Origin: Nitrospinaceae bacterium
Lineage (GTDB): Bacteria > Nitrospinota > Nitrospinia > Nitrospinales > Nitrospinaceae
DNA: 64,000 nucleotides
Reading direction: 5' to 3'
Assembly: GCA_965223665.1 (NCBI GenBank)
Contig: OZ245011.1
Coordinates: 2,624,001 to 2,688,000 of the forward strand
Shown here: piece by piece, positions 50,485 to 59,721 of the stretch
Position numbering within the stretch: position 1 is the first letter of the stretch
How the letters are laid out: each line of letters begins with the position of its first letter
The notes under the pieces: model-generated
Database searches by the model: none
The model's input: only the letters and a program-made list of their open reading frames with translations
What the model was told of the DNA's origin: nothing
Made by a program: the position numbers and the translations under genes

Positions 50485-50710
50485 AGCTCACCTCCTTTTT
50501 TTCATGATAATATTTGAAGGACAAATTGACCCTCGCACGATAGGCGACTACCTTTCCATCTTCTACCTTCATATCAAGCTTGGATATTTCAGCGACTCTA
50601 AGGTCATCCAATGTTTTACCAGCGGTTTCAATCGCATTTTTAGCCGCATCTTCTCATGAAACTTCGCTTGCCCCAACAAGTTCAATAATTTTATAAACTG
50701 TATCACTCAT
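50477..50710 (-). pseudogene. Dodecin (flavin-binding) with an in-frame TGA
   Basis: Manual translation MSDTVYKIIELVGASEVS*EDAAKNAIETAGKTLDDLRVAEISKLDMKVEDGKVVAYRARVNLSFKY...; TGA at 50654-50656 where homologues commonly have Trp; absent from the ORF track. Confidence 0.85.
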
Positions 50711-50881
50711 GAGATTCCTTTCAGTTAAAGCTTCCAAAAATACAAGGGCTATGATATTTAAAAAAATGTGTCTTCAGTTCACTAGCACACTCTAATATTT
50801 AAGATCGTTAGATGAGAAAAAATATTCCCAGGTAGAGGTGATATTGCTCAATCGGGGTTCAGCAGAGTCGGGGATGAGGTA

Positions 50882-50978
50882 TTGGCGGGGATACAACCAA
50901 ATAAATCTTGTAAATCCAATTTTATAAATACCTTAACTAAATTCAACTTTTTCATCTTGCCCCCCAAATTGCCCCTAA
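50882..50978. mobile_element. att-like site copy B; probable left end of the satellite-like element
   Basis: TTGGCGGGGA...TGCCCCCCAAATTGCCCCTAA; 88 bp from the last element gene; homologous to 39946-40040. Confidence 0.6.
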
Positions 50979-51065
50979 TTTTTATATTGCCATTTCCTAC
51001 AAACCCAACCAATAGTTTAAATTCCAAAACAAAACTCTAGCCTATTAATTTAAATTTTGTTCATC

Positions 51066-51665
51066 TCAATATTTCAAACCCAGTTTCTGACTGATTCCTC
51101 TTAAAGAAATATCTATGTAGGCATCATGCTTACAGACTAATTTTTCAAAAGTTTTCCAATGCATTCCCTTAGGTTTCCAGCCGTTTCCATTTAGAAAACC
51201 CGGCTCCCATCCCAGTTTCTCCCTTATTTTATTCAGCTTTCTAGCGGCGCGGTCATAACTGACTTCCTGCTGGCTGGCATAGGCAAGCTCATAACAATGT
51301 CTACAAGCAAAAACGGTTTCTCCATAAAGGATAGCCACACGGCGTTCACACCCTACAGCAGGACAAAGAAACCAGGGTCGTTTTCCCCCAAAGTGACAAG
51401 AAGTCCAATCTAAATAAACAGAATACTTTTTATGCTGCCATTTGTCTTCATCCCATCTTTTATGATTGTAAGTCAGAATAATTCGGCCCGGTTCTACCCG
51501 AACTTGTATCGTTGCCACCGTTTCACCATTGCGTGACCAGTTCCAGGAAAAAGACTGATGCCCGGTCAACAACCCTCGGCGTTTCCAATCCCGGATATCA
51601 ATTTCCCTGTAATCATCGGTCGTATCCTTTTTATCCCATCTTTGCCCACTGCCATATCCACCCAT
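51066..51665 (-). CDS. Conserved hypothetical protein of integrative elements (Zn-finger-like)
   Basis: MGGYGSG start, GGKRPWFLCP..C.RRVAILY, FACRHCY.LAY.SQ, KPKGMHWKTF. Confidence 0.75.
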   Translation of the reverse strand: MGGYGSGQRWDKKDTTDDYREIDIRDWKRRGLLTGHQSFSWNWSRNGETVATIQVRVEPGRIILTYNHKRWDEDKWQHKKYSVYLDWTSCHFGGKRPWFLCPAVGCERRVAILYGETVFACRHCYELAYASQQEVSYDRAARKLNKIREKLGWEPGFLNGNGWKPKGMHWKTFEKLVCKHDAYIDISLRGISQKLGLKY

Positions 51666-51789
51666 AACTCCTCCTTTTTATCGAAATCATTAAGGAACTT
51701 TACCTTTTGACGTTGACTTTATTGCTTTTCAATGAACTATTCAGGTACTAATGAGACCTCATTTTTAGGTGCTATTTATTTTCGTTTTT

Positions 51790-52296
51790 TTAGTCGTTTT
51801 CCTTACTTTCCGACCCAATATCGCCCCCAAAAAGAACTTTGCACTCTAAAATCGTTCTTAACTCTTCCGGAGCGAGTGTTTTAACATCCAATTCAACAAG
51901 GTCCTTCTCCGTGAACACCGGCAAACTTTGATCGGGCACACATCGGGCAACAGATTTATCCTTCGCCAAATACAAGGCTTGATTCAAAATGATCGAGTAA
52001 ATTTTGACATACCCCAGCCTTCGATAATCTTCAATGGATTGCCTTAGCTGCAATACCCTTTTGTTTTTTAACACCAAGGCCAGCGCTTCCTCCTCAGCTT
52101 TTTCCCGGGAGAAATTTACTTTTTCAGAAGTCATCAATTGAACATATTCCTCGTAAATTTCTCTATCCACCTCGTTCAACAATGGCCAAGGTAGTTCATC
52201 ACTGTTTGATGAAACGACCAAAGGTTCTCGTTTTATTTCCTCTAAAGGTAAGGACGAGTCCTTCACCTGGCTGGCTAAATTCAAATATTTGCCCAT
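51790..52296 (-). CDS. Hypothetical protein
   Basis: 168-aa ORF in the element operon with RBS AGGAG. Confidence 0.6.
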   Translation of the reverse strand: MGKYLNLASQVKDSSLPLEEIKREPLVVSSNSDELPWPLLNEVDREIYEEYVQLMTSEKVNFSREKAEEEALALVLKNKRVLQLRQSIEDYRRLGYVKIYSIILNQALYLAKDKSVARCVPDQSLPVFTEKDLVELDVKTLAPEELRTILECKVLFGGDIGSESKEND

Positions 52297-52320
52297 GGAA
52301 TTTTTTTCTCCTAACTGGAA

Positions 52321-52391
52321 TGCGAAAAAAGAGAATTAAGCGAAAAAAGTCCTTGAATCAAAGTTAATTCGCATTTTTCGCTTTTTTCGCA
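52321..52391. repeat. Convergent 9-bp iteron-like repeats (candidate replication origin)
   Basis: Plus strand TGCGAAAAA-AGAGAATTA-AGCGAAAAA; minus strand TGCGAAAAA-AGCGAAAAA-TGCGAATTA. Confidence 0.55.
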
Positions 52392-53758
52392 TCCCCTTTT
52401 TGTAAAAACCACCGTTCTACAGGTCGGCCACCACTACTCTCGACTTTGTAAAACGCAACTCCTTTTTCAAACAAAGCTTCCAGGGCGCGACCGATTTGTT
52501 GCGAATCCTTATGTCTTTTAAACAAAGCACTGATTTGGGTACGCGTCATTCCATTCGGGTAGATGTCCAAGGCCCTTTTTATTTCATCGGCAACCGGGTC
52601 ACCGAGCGATTTCCCAAACACAAACCCCGCGGAAGCCTCGCAATATTCCCAAATCGCTAAAGCGGCGAGCAAATGCTCTTCTTTTATTTTTGAGGAACAA
52701 TCCAACAGAGCATAGATCATTGCCAATCGCATCACCTGGGCTTCCGCTCTTGCAATGGCCGCACCCAAAAGACCCGGTTTTCCTTCACTCAGTTCAGGAT
52801 AAACTTGTGCCCAGGTCCTGCGTGCGAAATCATCTCGCTTGAGTTCCCCCATCACTCGTGCTTCGTTCAAAGTCTCTCTTAGTCTAGTGATCAAAGGATT
52901 TAAATCGACTTCGTGCAACCGTCCCCCTTCAGGTAGAACTTTGGATCGCTTGACACACACCAATAAAAACCGATTCACGAATCCGTTACAAAGCTCTGTA
53001 GCTGTTATCTGACGAAACAATTCATCCTTGGTGATATGCCCCACAACGGAAATATGAGGTTCGCTGGCTCGAGCCTGACTGTTTTTGGTCAAGGTCCGCA
53101 AATCACGTCCATCCCATGCGTTTCTTACAATAGGGGATAACGTATTACCCTCACGATTCAAAACTTTCAAAGGCGAGGCAAACTCTGATTCCAGTATCAA
53201 AGCCCGTTTGTCTTCAATACCCGGGTCAATTATTTCATCTTCATAACCAACGATTCTCTTTTTTTCTCGAATCGCCACTTTCTTCTTAATTTCATCACGA
53301 ATCAACCAGATCAATCCTTCTCCACTGGAGAGACCGGAATGAATGCATTGCTTGGACCAAGGGTCATCGACCACAGAAAACAAACTCTCAATTTGTCCCC
53401 AACTGGTACCTTTGCGTCCTTTTGCCGAGGCTCCCACCATAACAGTGAACAGGTTTGGATAATGCTTGTCGGCTTCCGCTTTAAAATAAGCTCCACGACC
53501 GACACAATTTCCAAACGCAGTCAGCAGTTGAAGCAACAAGGAAGCGGGGTCAGCTTCCGTATGCGGCTCCAGGGTTTTAACAATATCTCCGGCCAATCCG
53601 TAATAAGCCATGTCCTCGAGAGGAGACGGCCAATCAATCCTCAAACCGTTTTCACTCTGACCTCCCGATTCAGGAGTAAAGGATTGGGCAGAGTTTTGAA
53701 AAGGGTTATCAGGTGAAATGGTGTCTGAAACTGCTGGGCCAATATTATTTTCAGCCAT
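52364..53758 (-). CDS. DUF3987/YfjI-like replication protein (P-loop helicase-like)
   Basis: PHTEADP, VGASAKGRKGTS, GLSSGEGL, ESEF, RNAWDG, NGFVNRFL, C-terminal wHTH with GGRP; start MAENN. Confidence 0.75.
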   Translation of the reverse strand: MAENNIGPAVSDTISPDNPFQNSAQSFTPESGGQSENGLRIDWPSPLEDMAYYGLAGDIVKTLEPHTEADPASLLLQLLTAFGNCVGRGAYFKAEADKHYPNLFTVMVGASAKGRKGTSWGQIESLFSVVDDPWSKQCIHSGLSSGEGLIWLIRDEIKKKVAIREKKRIVGYEDEIIDPGIEDKRALILESEFASPLKVLNREGNTLSPIVRNAWDGRDLRTLTKNSQARASEPHISVVGHITKDELFRQITATELCNGFVNRFLLVCVKRSKVLPEGGRLHEVDLNPLITRLRETLNEARVMGELKRDDFARRTWAQVYPELSEGKPGLLGAAIARAEAQVMRLAMIYALLDCSSKIKEEHLLAALAIWEYCEASAGFVFGKSLGDPVADEIKRALDIYPNGMTRTQISALFKRHKDSQQIGRALEALFEKGVAFYKVESSGGRPVERWFLQKGDAKKAKNAN

Positions 53759-54773
53759 AAACCACCTCCGTTTGACGAAGAACATCTAACCAATCCACCG
53801 AGTTTTTATCATTAGGAATATCCATAGGAGGCACACAGATTTTGATACGCGTTTTCTCCTCTTCCCAAAGCCGGTTTCCAAGGATTTGTGCTGCCCGCTC
53901 CCCTCTTCCATTCCTGTCTTTATCGCAGGCGATCCAGATTTCGTTTGCGTTAGAAGGAACAACCACTTTTTCAAGACCGGTTGCAGTCAGACAAGCCCAG
54001 ACTGGGAAATCGGACAACTCATGAATGGCGATTGCCGTTTCAACTCCCTCGGTTAGGACCAAAGGATGGTCTGCGCGCACCTCATAAAGTTTGACAGCCC
54101 CTCCGTTGATCGACTGAGCGCATCGATATGTTTTCTTGGGACTCTCAACAGGCGCTTTGCCCAAACCATCCGGGTCCAACCAAATGCGATGAATGCCAAC
54201 CAGCTCATCCTTAAAAGTGATCGGTGCCACAATAGCGGGATAAGCTCGCATAAACTTTTTTCCTGAAAAATAGGAAAGGCTGGAACAAAAACGTAAACAG
54301 TTCGGAACCACACCACTCAATCCGCGATATTCTAAATATTCAGATATGCGGCCCGGATCAGAGGAGGTTTGTTTAAGAATGGTTTTTACTTTTTCACTTC
54401 TCTTTTTAATTTCGTAACCTTTATTGAATGAAATTCTGGTCAACGGTTTGGAATGACAGGAAGGAGAGCCATCCTGATCCAATCCAAGATAACGGGCAAC
54501 TGCCTCCAACGTTTCAACAAAGTTCCAACCCTTCACCCACATCAACAAGCTGATTCCGTCATGGAAGGGTCCGTTTAGGTTGCAAACCCCTCCACCCTTC
54601 TCATTGGCATCAGGAAACAATCGAAACCCGTCTTTCTCGCCATGACATAAACAGCGAACATGTCGCCCTGGCTTTTGACAAGCATCATCCAATTCAGGTG
54701 CCAACGCGCAAAATATGCTCAGCCAGTTTCCCGAAGCGCACTCTTTCAGGTCATCAATATTGATTTTATTCAT
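53751..54773 (-). CDS. P4-alpha-like Zn-finger + Toprim primase
   Basis: RHVRCLCHG.KDGFR, DGISLLMW, YLEYRGL, GIHRIWL, TEGVETA, IACDKD, DWLD. Confidence 0.85.
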   Translation of the reverse strand: MNKINIDDLKECASGNWLSIFCALAPELDDACQKPGRHVRCLCHGEKDGFRLFPDANEKGGGVCNLNGPFHDGISLLMWVKGWNFVETLEAVARYLGLDQDGSPSCHSKPLTRISFNKGYEIKKRSEKVKTILKQTSSDPGRISEYLEYRGLSGVVPNCLRFCSSLSYFSGKKFMRAYPAIVAPITFKDELVGIHRIWLDPDGLGKAPVESPKKTYRCAQSINGGAVKLYEVRADHPLVLTEGVETAIAIHELSDFPVWACLTATGLEKVVVPSNANEIWIACDKDRNGRGERAAQILGNRLWEEEKTRIKICVPPMDIPNDKNSVDWLDVLRQTEVVYG

Positions 54774-54888
54774 TTTTATTCTCCTTCCGCTTGGATACCC
54801 AAAGAGCAAACCAAATGGGCAGCCATCCCCAAACCGCTAAAGTCCGGATGATTTCTTTCAACCATTGAAATAGTTTTGAGCAGTTCAT
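54766..54888 (-). CDS. Small hydrophobic protein (40 aa) between alpA and the primase
   Basis: MNCSKLFQWLKEIIRTLAVWGWLPIWFALWVSKRKENKNE*; ATGA overlap with the alpA stop and overlap with the primase start. Confidence 0.55.
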   Translation of the reverse strand: MNCSKLFQWLKEIIRTLAVWGWLPIWFALWVSKRKENKNE

Positions 54889-55103
54889 CTGTTCTGCCCT
54901 CCATCCTCATTCAGTTCCTTACGGCTCGCTTCAATTTTTTTGGCTATCCATTCATCAATTTCTGATTCGATCCATCCAACCGCACGATCTCCAAGAGATA
55001 CAGGAGGCGGAAAAAATCCTTGAGACACTTTTTGATAAATTGAGCTACGGGAAAGTCCTGTGCGGTGTTTGACTTTTGGAAGTCTTAAAATTCGATTTTG
55101 CAT
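54885..55103 (-). CDS. alpA: AlpA family excisionase/regulator
   Basis: RILRLPKVKHRTGLSRSSIY...FPPPVSLGDRAVGWIESEIDEWI. Confidence 0.93.
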   Translation of the reverse strand: MQNRILRLPKVKHRTGLSRSSIYQKVSQGFFPPPVSLGDRAVGWIESEIDEWIAKKIEASRKELNEDGGQNR

Positions 55104-55340
55104 TATTAGTCTCCATTAGGATTTATTAAACATAATGGAACCAATTTAGTTGTGCGATTTGGGCGAAGGAAGCCCCCCGAAGCGAAAGTGGAGATTTCTG
55201 AAACCCTTATCAATACAGGGTCAAAAAATTAATTTTGGGAAAGTTTCTGTTGGAGAAGAAAAGTAGAAAATTGTTAAAACTTTTAATAATAAAGGTTTGC
55301 GGTAACTTGAATTGGGCGTAAATTTTCCGCCCAACTTTTT

Positions 55341-56120
55341 TTATTTTTTCATGTTTTTTCGAATGGTTTCCGAGCTATAGCCTTGTCCGATAGGCATCCT
55401 GGAAATCTGAATAGCGCACCAATTATCCGATTGCCCTGGATTCTTTCTCTTGATTTTTCGATATTCAGTTCCCCAACCGGAATGTCTTGTCTTTGTATCC
55501 TGTTTCCGAGCTTCACGTTTAATGACTGATGGTTGATACTGATTGGAAGGGGGTGAATAATCTACAAACTTTAAAATTTTCTTAAGATTGACTTGAATTA
55601 AGTTTTTTTTAACAGTAAATAATTCAATCAATGGACTAGAAGCGTTAGACGCTTTCAAAGAAACCGGAGCTTGACAATCCAATTGGAGAAGACCAGACTT
55701 TGTCTTTCCTTGGTAGTTTCCTAAATGAATCGTTCCGGATTTTTTATCTTTTTTGGGTTTCCCTTTGATTCCCAGTGAACGGTTAACCCATCGCGCCACT
55801 TGATCTTGGGTGAGTTTCCATTGTTGCAGCATCTCCTGAGGAATAGGGATGCGTCCCATATCATCCCGGTAATCACAGGCCACATAAATTCGTGTAGGTT
55901 GACCATTTTTTGTTTGAGCATGCACTGGCATGAAACAGTTTTCTTCACATCCTGGGCAAACTACTGACTTAGCAAATAATGCTGGTTTAATCCATCCCTC
56001 ATTCTGAAACAGTTCAATGGCACCCTCTGGCCACCGTTGGACCTGGTCCCAGGAAATTGTTTTGTCTCCACTCTGTTCTAATCTTAAAATCAAATCTTCC
56101 AAAACATCTTCAAGAGTCAT
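55341..56120 (-). CDS. Hypothetical protein with Cys cluster and C-terminal HTH-like region
   Basis: CPGCEENC...YVACD; basic C-terminus ending SSETIRKNM; ATGA coupling to the upstream gene. Confidence 0.7.
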   Translation of the reverse strand: MTLEDVLEDLILRLEQSGDKTISWDQVQRWPEGAIELFQNEGWIKPALFAKSVVCPGCEENCFMPVHAQTKNGQPTRIYVACDYRDDMGRIPIPQEMLQQWKLTQDQVARWVNRSLGIKGKPKKDKKSGTIHLGNYQGKTKSGLLQLDCQAPVSLKASNASSPLIELFTVKKNLIQVNLKKILKFVDYSPPSNQYQPSVIKREARKQDTKTRHSGWGTEYRKIKRKNPGQSDNWCAIQISRMPIGQGYSSETIRKNMKK

Positions 56121-57307
56121 GCAGCATTCTCATCATTTTGTTCTTCTTTTTTTATGGGTTCAATTCCAGAGTCGATCAACATTTTTCGTATAATCAAATC
56201 CCGACCATCATGACGTAAGGCACACCAATTGGGATAACTGATCTTGAACCTTCGAGTATGACTTCTTGTTTCGGGGTTATGGACAAAATTAACTTTGATC
56301 TCTGCTTGAGACACATGAAAAGGAGGCAAATGGAGTTGGTCTATTAAATCAAAAATCGCATTTCTGTCATAGCTTGGATCAGCTTCCACAGTGACTCGCT
56401 TTTTATTTCCAGTTTTCAGACTCAATCGAAGCTGAGTGATCATCACTTCATCAATTCCGGAATCTATAGAATATTTAAAAGAAAAGTTCCTGTCCACTAA
56501 GTCGTCCAAATCATAAACAAGTTGATTCGCACCAAATTCATCGAGTTCATCCATTCCCAAAATAGATTTGGCAAATATCTGTTGTAATACGGGAACCGAC
56601 TTGGTGTTTCTGGGAGCATAAATATCTAAAGAACCTTCCACCTGTGTATAGACGAAAATGATTTCAAAGGCAGGATGACGTGCTTGAGGGGATAATGAAT
56701 TACGCACCCACTCAATACTGGACTGCGCAAAATCTTCCGGGTAGGCAAAAAAATATTCCTTTTCATGCCGACGAAAAACATCCACCATACAGTTGCGACC
56801 TCTTCCCTCTTTTTTATAAAAATGATCACTAATGGCCTGCGATAATTTTTCAATGTCCCCTTCTTCCACCTTTGGTGGCAGGTCCGGTAAATCATTTCGC
56901 TTCTTCCATTTCGAAACCGAAATACTATCCGAATGTAAAAATCCCCTACCCCCGGACCAATATCGGGGATGCTCCAGATAGGTCCACATCACTTTTCCAT
57001 GGAACCCCTCAATTTTTGCTATTTCTTTCAAAAACTCGGAATCTTGGTGAAAGTCAGCTTCATCCGATAGCGCGGTCACTCCCCCTTGACAGGCCATGGT
57101 ATCAATATCCTGAAACTCCGCTTCCATTTTCGTCTGTTTCTCCGGAGGCAAGGCAATAAAGGCCTCAAAGATTGGGTCTATCGTAGTTTCGTTCAACTCT
57201 TCAAAGTCGATGTCTTCCAAAACATTTTGCTTAACTTGAAAATATTGAGCGAGGAAACGATTGGGAACTTGCCGAAAAAACTGTTTATGTGAATATTGAC
57301 GAGCCAT
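56117..57307 (-). CDS. Conserved hypothetical protein
   Basis: Long ORF, probable start MARQYSHKQFFRQ at 57307 (ORF extends to 57355). Confidence 0.75.
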   Translation of the reverse strand: MARQYSHKQFFRQVPNRFLAQYFQVKQNVLEDIDFEELNETTIDPIFEAFIALPPEKQTKMEAEFQDIDTMACQGGVTALSDEADFHQDSEFLKEIAKIEGFHGKVMWTYLEHPRYWSGGRGFLHSDSISVSKWKKRNDLPDLPPKVEEGDIEKLSQAISDHFYKKEGRGRNCMVDVFRRHEKEYFFAYPEDFAQSSIEWVRNSLSPQARHPAFEIIFVYTQVEGSLDIYAPRNTKSVPVLQQIFAKSILGMDELDEFGANQLVYDLDDLVDRNFSFKYSIDSGIDEVMITQLRLSLKTGNKKRVTVEADPSYDRNAIFDLIDQLHLPPFHVSQAEIKVNFVHNPETRSHTRRFKISYPNWCALRHDGRDLIIRKMLIDSGIEPIKKEEQNDENAA

Positions 57308-57446
57308 TTGTGCATTCCTTATGAGGAATTTTTCATGTAGTATACCCTTATCCATTAGAATTTCGCAAAAAACTAAAAAAGTTCCATTTACTTTTTTGGA
57401 AATCTCTTCACAAATTAATTTTCATATTTAATGTAGGTGAAAAATT

Positions 57447-59681
57447 ATGGAGAAATTTTTGAGTGAAAACCTGAAGAAGAACACAATTCTTGCCCACGTC
57501 TTAAAAGACTCTTCAGAAAAATGGATTGAACATGATTTACTAGAGCATTTAGTTTGTGTTGGAAAACTTGCCAAAAAATTTGCCGATAAATTTAATAATG
57601 GCGATTGGGCTTATTTAGCTGGACTTTGGCATGATTTAGGCAAATACAATCCCAAATTTCAAAGTTATATCAAAATCAAAAGCGGATACGATCCAGATGC
57701 ACATCTTGAAACTAATCCTGGCAAAGTCAACCATTCGAGTGCGGGTGCCTTGCACGCGATAGAAAAATTTGGGAAAAAAGGGAGAATTCTTGCCTACCTC
57801 ATTGCTGGGCACCATGCCGGGTTAGCTGATTGGTATTCAAAAAATCAAGGAATTGGATCGCTATCAAGTCGGTTGAATGAAAAGAAACATTTAATAGAAA
57901 CTCTTTCAGTCACTCCCCCTTCAAAAATCTTAAATCAGGAATTTCCCACCTCTAAACCTAATACATCATCCAGACATATCCATTTGTGGATTCGTCTGCT
58001 GTTCTCATGTTTAGTAGATGCCGATTTTTTGGACACCGAGCAGTTTATGGATTTGGAAAAATCAAAACTTCGCTCCAATTTCCCCCATCTTTCCCTGCTA
58101 TTAAATCAATTCAACCAATATATGCAAAAAACCTTTTCTAAGGCATTATCCAGCCCTGTCAATAAAATACGATCAAACATTCTTAAACAATGCAAAGAAA
58201 AAGCATTAAATCCTTCGGGAATTTATTCTCTTAACGTTCCTACGGGTGGAGGAAAAACTTTATCTAGCCTAGCCTTTGCATTAGAGCATGCCATTCATTT
58301 AAAAAAAGATCGAGTTATTTATGTAATTCCTTATACAAGCATTCTGGAACAAACTGCAGATATATTTCGTAACATTTTTTCTGAAGGTGTAGTTGAACAC
58401 CATAGCAATCTCGATTCAGAAAAAGAATCTCCCAAAAGTCGATTAGCCTGTGAAAATTGGGATGCTTCTATCATCGTAACCACTAATGTACAATTTTTTG
58501 AATCTTTATTTGCAACTCGAACCAGTCGCTGCCGCAAACTCCATAACATTATTAACAGTGTTGTCGTTCTGGATGAAGCTCAATTGTTTCCCACGGAATT
58601 TTTAGACCCCATCCTTTCAGTTATTAGTGAACTTTTCAATAATTACAAAGTTAGTTTCCTCATTTCTACAGCCACACAGCCCGTTTTTAAGGAACAAATA
58701 ACTTTCGATTATCATTTTAAGGGTTTACCACGGATAGAGGAAATCATTGAAGATCCAATCAAACTCCATGAATCTCTTAAGCGGGTACAAGTAAACCATT
58801 TTAATAATTTACAAGCACTGCAGAATTGGGAAGTCCTTGCCAAACCATTGAAACAACATGAAAAAGTTTTATGTATTGTCAATACCCGGCGAGACTGTCG
58901 TACTCTTTTTCGTTTAATGCCAGAGGGAACCTATCATCTTTCCGCTCTCATGTGCGGGGAACATCGCTCAAAAATAATTTCTGAAATAAAAGAAAAACTC
59001 ACCCAAAATTATCCCATCCGAGTTATCAGCACACAACTCGTGGAAGCGGGTGTGGATTTTGATTTTCCCGTGGTTTATAGAGCGCTGGCAGGCTTAGACT
59101 CCATAGCCCAGGCCGCCGGTCGTTGCAACCGGGAAGGGTTATTACCGTATGGAACGCTTATGGTTTTTGTTCCCCCAGGAAATAAACCCCCGACCTTTTT
59201 GAAAAAGCAAGTTTCCACTGCTTTACAAATCATTAACTCCAATACCGGCGAACTTTTATCTCCCCAAAACTACGCACAATACTTCGAGCACATTTATTGG
59301 AAAGCACCTAATTTGGATGCAAAAGGGATTTTGCAAGAATTAAAACCCGGTCAAGACGGAGAAGTTCAATTTCGAACCGCCGCACAAAAATTCAAACTCA
59401 TCGAAGACGATTTTCAAAAGCCCATTATTGTTATCTATCGCAATGAGGATTTAATAAATCAATTACGAGAAAAAGGACCAGAACGAAAACTTTTGCGTTC
59501 ATTACAGCGTTACGTAGTTAACATTCAAAAAATTGCCCACGACCTTTTATTAAACAAAGGAGATATTGAAGAACTGCATCCAGGAATTTTTGTCCAAATC
59601 AATCCTGGTTCTTATGACCAACAATTTGGTTTTGTTGGAGACATACCCGAGGCTCATGATCCAAATGATTATATGTTTTGA
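57447..59681 (+). CDS. cas3: CRISPR-associated HD nuclease/helicase Cas3 (type I-C)
   Basis: HDLGK, HHAGL, DADFLDT, PTGGGKT, DEAQ, STQLVEAGVD, QAAGRCNREG. Confidence 0.95.
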   Translation: MEKFLSENLKKNTILAHVLKDSSEKWIEHDLLEHLVCVGKLAKKFADKFNNGDWAYLAGLWHDLGKYNPKFQSYIKIKSGYDPDAHLETNPGKVNHSSAGALHAIEKFGKKGRILAYLIAGHHAGLADWYSKNQGIGSLSSRLNEKKHLIETLSVTPPSKILNQEFPTSKPNTSSRHIHLWIRLLFSCLVDADFLDTEQFMDLEKSKLRSNFPHLSLLLNQFNQYMQKTFSKALSSPVNKIRSNILKQCKEKALNPSGIYSLNVPTGGGKTLSSLAFALEHAIHLKKDRVIYVIPYTSILEQTADIFRNIFSEGVVEHHSNLDSEKESPKSRLACENWDASIIVTTNVQFFESLFATRTSRCRKLHNIINSVVVLDEAQLFPTEFLDPILSVISELFNNYKVSFLISTATQPVFKEQITFDYHFKGLPRIEEIIEDPIKLHESLKRVQVNHFNNLQALQNWEVLAKPLKQHEKVLCIVNTRRDCRTLFRLMPEGTYHLSALMCGEHRSKIISEIKEKLTQNYPIRVISTQLVEAGVDFDFPVVYRALAGLDSIAQAAGRCNREGLLPYGTLMVFVPPGNKPPTFLKKQVSTALQIINSNTGELLSPQNYAQYFEHIYWKAPNLDAKGILQELKPGQDGEVQFRTAAQKFKLIEDDFQKPIIVIYRNEDLINQLREKGPERKLLRSLQRYVVNIQKIAHDLLLNKGDIEELHPGIFVQINPGSYDQQFGFVGDIPEAHDPNDYMF

Positions 59682-59721
59682 TGAGCCTTAACATAGAAAT
59701 CATTCTCAATAAGGAGGGACA

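Larger units (their letters stand above)
50882..57355 (-). mobile_element. P4/PICI-like integrative satellite core (may extend through the cas operon beyond the window)
   Basis: Co-oriented AlpA, primase, DUF3987 and typical hypotheticals; more GC-rich than the backbone by eye; att-like end; no integrase in the window. Confidence 0.75.

Noticed and set aside
50654-50656. TGA as selenocysteine or evidence for an alternative genetic code
   Set aside because: The position corresponds to Trp, not Cys, and other genes here (e.g. alpA, cas3, cas5, clpC) end in TGA and use TGG for Trp.
50850-50900. Intact tRNA at the att-like sites
   Set aside because: No cloverleaf or T-loop GTTCRA in a proper context at either copy, so the integration target could not be identified.
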